This document shows, piece after piece, positions 60,715 to 64,000 of a stretch of DNA of 64,000 nucleotides. The stretch covers positions 30,774 through 94,773 of the forward strand of contig CAVAAT010000016.1 of the NCBI GenBank assembly GCA_963586925.1. Direction: 5' to 3'. The DNA comes from Erysipelotrichaceae bacterium. GTDB taxonomy: Bacteria > Bacillota_I > Bacilli_A > Erysipelotrichales > Erysipelotrichaceae. The notes below the pieces were generated by a model. It had not been told where the DNA came from and made no database searches. It saw only the letters and a program-made list of their open reading frames with translations. The position numbers and the translations under genes are program-made. The first letter of the stretch is position 1; the number at the start of each line of letters is the position of its first letter.

Positions 60715-61248
60715 TTAATAATTGTCTTCAAACTCGTTATCAGTTAGGAAATCTGCTCCTTTGAATACTTCAGTCTGACTTAACCCAGGATAATCTAATT
60801 GTCTCAACACTTCGTAGACCATGATCGCAACAGTGTTAGATAAATTCAAACTTCGCGCGTTAGCCACCATTGGTAAACGAATACAATGCTCAAGATCTTT
60901 TTTTAAAATATTCTTAGGAATACCTGTAGACTCTTTACCAAAGACTAAGTAGATATCTCCACTTACACTCTTATAATCATAAGAAGCTGGTAATTTCTTA
61001 CCATATCTAGTCAGATAATACAGTTGATCATTTTCTTTAACCGTACTAATGAAATCAGCCCAATTCTCATGTTGAACGATCTCAGCTAGATCGATATAAT
61101 CCATCGAAGCTCTCTGTAAATGTTTTTCATTTAAGATAAAACCATATGGCTTGATGAGATGTAAAGTAGAACCTGTTGCCATAGCAGTTCTAATGATATT
61201 ACCTGTATTTTGCGGTATCTCTGGTTCAAATAAAACAATATGTATCAT
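60715..61248 (-). CDS. trmL: tRNA (cytidine34/uridine34-2'-O)-methyltransferase TrmL (SpoU family)
   Basis: 177 aa SPOUT fold with C-terminal extension. Confidence 0.85.
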   Translation of the reverse strand: MIHIVLFEPEIPQNTGNIIRTAMATGSTLHLIKPYGFILNEKHLQRASMDYIDLAEIVQHENWADFISTVKENDQLYYLTRYGKKLPASYDYKSVSGDIYLVFGKESTGIPKNILKKDLEHCIRLPMVANARSLNLSNTVAIMVYEVLRQLDYPGLSQTEVFKGADFLTDNEFEDNY

Positions 61249-61823
61249 ATATTCTTTTCCTTTAAGTACTCTAATAACTTTCTAGAAGCTTTTCCACGAT
61301 GGGAAACAGCATTCTTCTCTTCTGGAGAAATCTCTGCACTAGTCTTACCATATTGTGGAACAACAAAGATCGGATCATAACCAAAGCCATTTTCTCCTTT
61401 TGCTTCATAACCGATAGATCCTTCCATTACACCTTCAAATACATGTTCTTCTTCATCGACTAAAGCGATAGCACAGATAAATCTAGCACTACGATCTTTT
61501 ACATCTTTTAATCTGTCAAGAATGACTTGATTCTTATACTTATAATCATGTCCTTGTAAATATCTTGCTGAATGAATTCCTGGCTCTTTATTTAAAGCAT
61601 CGATCTCCAAACCTGAATCATCAGAAATGACGATCATGTCACATTTGTCTTTAATACTTTTAGCTTTGATAAGAGCATTTTGAGCAAATGTACTACCATT
61701 TTCATCAATATCAACATGCTCTATTTCACATAGTGAATGAACTTCATAACCTAATGGTTCTAATATTTCTTTGTATTCTTTAACTTTGCCATTATTTGAA
61801 GTGGCGATCATGATATCTTTCAT
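61245..61823 (-). CDS. rdgB: Non-canonical purine NTP pyrophosphatase (RdgB/HAM1)
   Basis: 192 aa; TSNNGKVKE N-terminus and FGYDPIF motif. Confidence 0.85.
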   Translation of the reverse strand: MKDIMIATSNNGKVKEYKEILEPLGYEVHSLCEIEHVDIDENGSTFAQNALIKAKSIKDKCDMIVISDDSGLEIDALNKEPGIHSARYLQGHDYKYKNQVILDRLKDVKDRSARFICAIALVDEEEHVFEGVMEGSIGYEAKGENGFGYDPIFVVPQYGKTSAEISPEEKNAVSHRGKASRKLLEYLKEKNI

Positions 61824-61824
61824 C

Positions 61825-62367
61825 CTAAAACTCCTTTGTTATCTTATATAACTCACAATTATTGATCTTTATCGCAAATAAGTCAGTCGTATTGGGATCT
61901 AAGTCCTCTAATACTACTTTCAAAGCCCTAAAGAAAGCTCCATGAGTAACGATCAATACATTGTCTACTCTTGCAAGATCATTAATGAACGAGTTTGCTC
62001 TCTGTAACATATGAGCGAAAGTTTCCTCATTTCTTAGTGGCTTATCTATTGGTTGAGCCCAAATCTTTTCAACATCTTTAATAACGATATCGATGCCTTC
62101 CATATCGCCAAAGTCCCTTTCAATGATCCTTTCGTCAACAATGATGGGATATCTGTTCCCTGTTACAAGAGAAGCAGTCTGTCGGGCCCTTGTCAATGGC
62201 GAACAATAGACTACGTCATAGTCGATATCTTTTAATTTATAGAATGCTTCACTAGCTTGCTCTATTCCCATTTCATTTAAAGGGATATCCGTTAATCCCT
62301 GTATCTTTTTTTCTAAGTTCCAATCCGTCAAGCCATGACGCATAATGTAAATATTCAAGATCATCAA
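61825..62367 (-). CDS. Histidine phosphatase family protein (phosphoglycerate mutase-like)
   Basis: IMRHGLTDWN catalytic RHG motif; 180 aa. Confidence 0.7.
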   Translation of the reverse strand: MMILNIYIMRHGLTDWNLEKKIQGLTDIPLNEMGIEQASEAFYKLKDIDYDVVYCSPLTRARQTASLVTGNRYPIIVDERIIERDFGDMEGIDIVIKDVEKIWAQPIDKPLRNEETFAHMLQRANSFINDLARVDNVLIVTHGAFFRALKVVLEDLDPNTTDLFAIKINNCELYKITKEF

Positions 62368-62458
62368 CTCCCACTTGATAATATTAACACAACGCGAGAA
62401 ATTTGATAATAATTATTTGTTGTTATGTGCTATCATATTTGCGTTGGGAGATAAAAAC

Positions 62459-63079
62459 ATGGAATATTTATTAGGAATTTTGATCGGTTATGCATTGGGG
62501 TGTATCAATCCAGCATACTTTTTCGCTAAAGCTAAAGGCTTCGACATTCGTACAAGAGGTACAATGAGTGCTGGAGCATCTAACGCTAAAACAACAATGG
62601 GTTGGAAATATGGTATCATCTGTGCTTTATATGATGCTTGCAAAGCAATACTTGCTATGATGATCGTAAGACATGTATTAAAGTACTCTGAATCCGTAGT
62701 GATCGTAACAGGATGTGCTACAGTCATCGGACATATCTTCCCTTTCTATCTTAATTTTAAAGGTGGCAAAGGATTTGCAGCTTATATTGGTATGGTATTT
62801 ACTCTTAATTGGAAATTAGGATTAATCTTACTAGCCGTTGGAGTAATATTATCTTTATTGACAAACTGGATAGTCATGGCAACCCTAACCTTCATCTTAT
62901 CATTTCCAATCTACAATATCATCACTGAAGCTTCAATTATAACTATCGTGGTAACGATCTTAACGACGCTATTGATCTTATATAAACATATACCTAATTT
63001 CAAAAAGATAATGAACAATGCTGAGATCGGTATTAATGGTAAAAATGTCGGCTTCAATATTAAAAAAGTTCAAGACTAA
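62459..63079 (+). CDS. plsY: Glycerol-3-phosphate acyltransferase PlsY
   Basis: Start chosen at MEYLLGILIGY; GSGN-like ASNA, FKGGKG motifs of PlsY. Confidence 0.85.
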   Translation: MEYLLGILIGYALGCINPAYFFAKAKGFDIRTRGTMSAGASNAKTTMGWKYGIICALYDACKAILAMMIVRHVLKYSESVVIVTGCATVIGHIFPFYLNFKGGKGFAAYIGMVFTLNWKLGLILLAVGVILSLLTNWIVMATLTFILSFPIYNIITEASIITIVVTILTTLLILYKHIPNFKKIMNNAEIGINGKNVGFNIKKVQD

Positions 63080-63081
63080 TA

Positions 63082-63118
63082 AAGGACACAAATAATTGGC
63101 TGTGTCCTTTTTCTTTAG
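63082..63118. terminator. Bidirectional Rho-independent terminator between plsY (+) and acetyltransferase gene (-)
   Basis: aaggacaca...tgtgtcctt 9-bp stem, T-run on plus strand, A-run upstream. Confidence 0.45.
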
Positions 63119-63120
63119 TC

Positions 63121-63705
63121 TTAATATACATCTTTATCATCAGTTTTATGAAAACTACCATCTTGCCAATACTCAACAGTACCATCGTCTTGTAAAACAT
63201 AAAACTTGTTATCTAATACTTCTTCTTGAGGTATGATCCTTGTTGGAGCACAGACTACTACAGAATTATCCGGTACATCTTTATACACACAAGCATTTGT
63301 ACCAATCCTAACATTATTACCTATTTTGATATTACCAACGATTTTTGCTCCAGCTCCAATATAACAATTATCTCCAATGGTTGGATTGCCGATATTCTTA
63401 CTGCCTTTAGTTCTAACAGCACCGATCGTAACATGTTGAAAGATCACACAATTTTTACCAATCTTCGTATCCCCAGAGATGAAGATTCCATGCAAGCCAT
63501 GAGGGAAATAAGGCCTACTAGCAAACTGAGCAAAATTACCAATGAAGCAGCCTTTCTTTTCACACATATAGGAAAAAACACTAGCATAAATTCCCGATTC
63601 AATCTTATTTTCATAAAGATGATCATATAAATCCATTAAATTCTTAAATCTAAAGAATACAAATATCGCTAATATCTCTTTTATCCAATTTTTTAAGATC
63701 AACAT
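63121..63705 (-). CDS. Hexapeptide-repeat acyltransferase (serine O-acetyltransferase-like)
   Basis: Left-handed beta-helix repeats (IGKNCVIFQHVTIGA...IGDNCYIGAGAKIVGNIKIGNNVRIGTNACV). Confidence 0.65.
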   Translation of the reverse strand: MLILKNWIKEILAIFVFFRFKNLMDLYDHLYENKIESGIYASVFSYMCEKKGCFIGNFAQFASRPYFPHGLHGIFISGDTKIGKNCVIFQHVTIGAVRTKGSKNIGNPTIGDNCYIGAGAKIVGNIKIGNNVRIGTNACVYKDVPDNSVVVCAPTRIIPQEEVLDNKFYVLQDDGTVEYWQDGSFHKTDDKDVY

Positions 63706-63837
63706 ATCATAATCCCTCTTTTTTCTTTATTAATTTAATCATTTTACTACTCAACGAGTCAAGATTTTTAAATAAACTCAAAAGATAAATAGTGATCAAA
63801 AGACATGACCACTATTAACCTTTGATTAAGCTACTAA

Positions 63838-64000
63838 TTTCTTTTTCTTTTCTATAAAAGATAAAGCAACAACACTTGTTAACATACTAGCTGTAGCTAA
63901 ATAGATAGTCATATCTTCACCCGTATTTGGTGTTTTATCTTCTTCCATTGGTTTTACTTTAATTTCAGCTTGTGGTACAACTTCTGAGAAGCAAGCAGCA
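63838..64000 (-). CDS. Partial (C-terminal end only) putative cell-surface protein with sortase-like sorting signal; gene continues beyond window end
   Basis: Manual translation ...KTPNTGEDMTIYLATASMLTSVVALSFIEKKKKLVA*: xPxTG-like motif, hydrophobic stretch, lysine-rich tail. Confidence 0.4.

Overview
This window is ~64 kb of low-GC (about 30% GC) Firmicutes/Bacillota-type chromosome, with nearly every gene on the minus strand.

Most of the window is conserved housekeeping backbone:
- the macromolecular-synthesis operon rpsU-phoH-ybeY-cdd-era-recO-glyQS-dnaG-rpoD
- deoC-murE-mtaB-rsmE-rluB-scpB-scpA
- comEA-comEC-holA, greA-like, udk, mltG, ruvX
- alaS and trpS, each preceded by a T-box leader
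- mnmA, recD2, spx, rpsT, plsY, trmL, rdgB and others

Three accessory patches stand out.
1. An eight-gene minus-strand operon at 118..9077. A BMP-family (nucleoside-type) ABC importer is tightly coupled, with 1-nt gaps or overlapping reading frames, to a nitrogenase-like NifK/N-like, NifD/E-like, NifH-like and NifB-like radical-SAM set. It is bracketed by its own extended -10 promoter and a terminator hairpin. This is the strongest candidate for an uncharacterised system (Mar/group-IV-like reductase with a dedicated importer).
2. An AT-rich accessory stretch at 23.7..27.8 kb. It holds two paralogous small multi-TM proteins, each downstream of a secreted protein or lipoprotein, flanking a LysR regulator.
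3. Two further modules at 27.8..35.0 kb. A PspA-less SPFH / TPM / zinc-ribbon membrane-stress-like module (27830..32612) carries an in-frame 78-nt tandem duplication. A MqsA-like-HTH + Panacea (DUF4065) antitoxin-like gene is tightly coupled to a cytoplasmic 5'-nucleotidase (32634..35019), with paired palindromic operator-like sites in its upstream promoter region.

No transposase, integrase, tRNA, rRNA or CRISPR array was seen.
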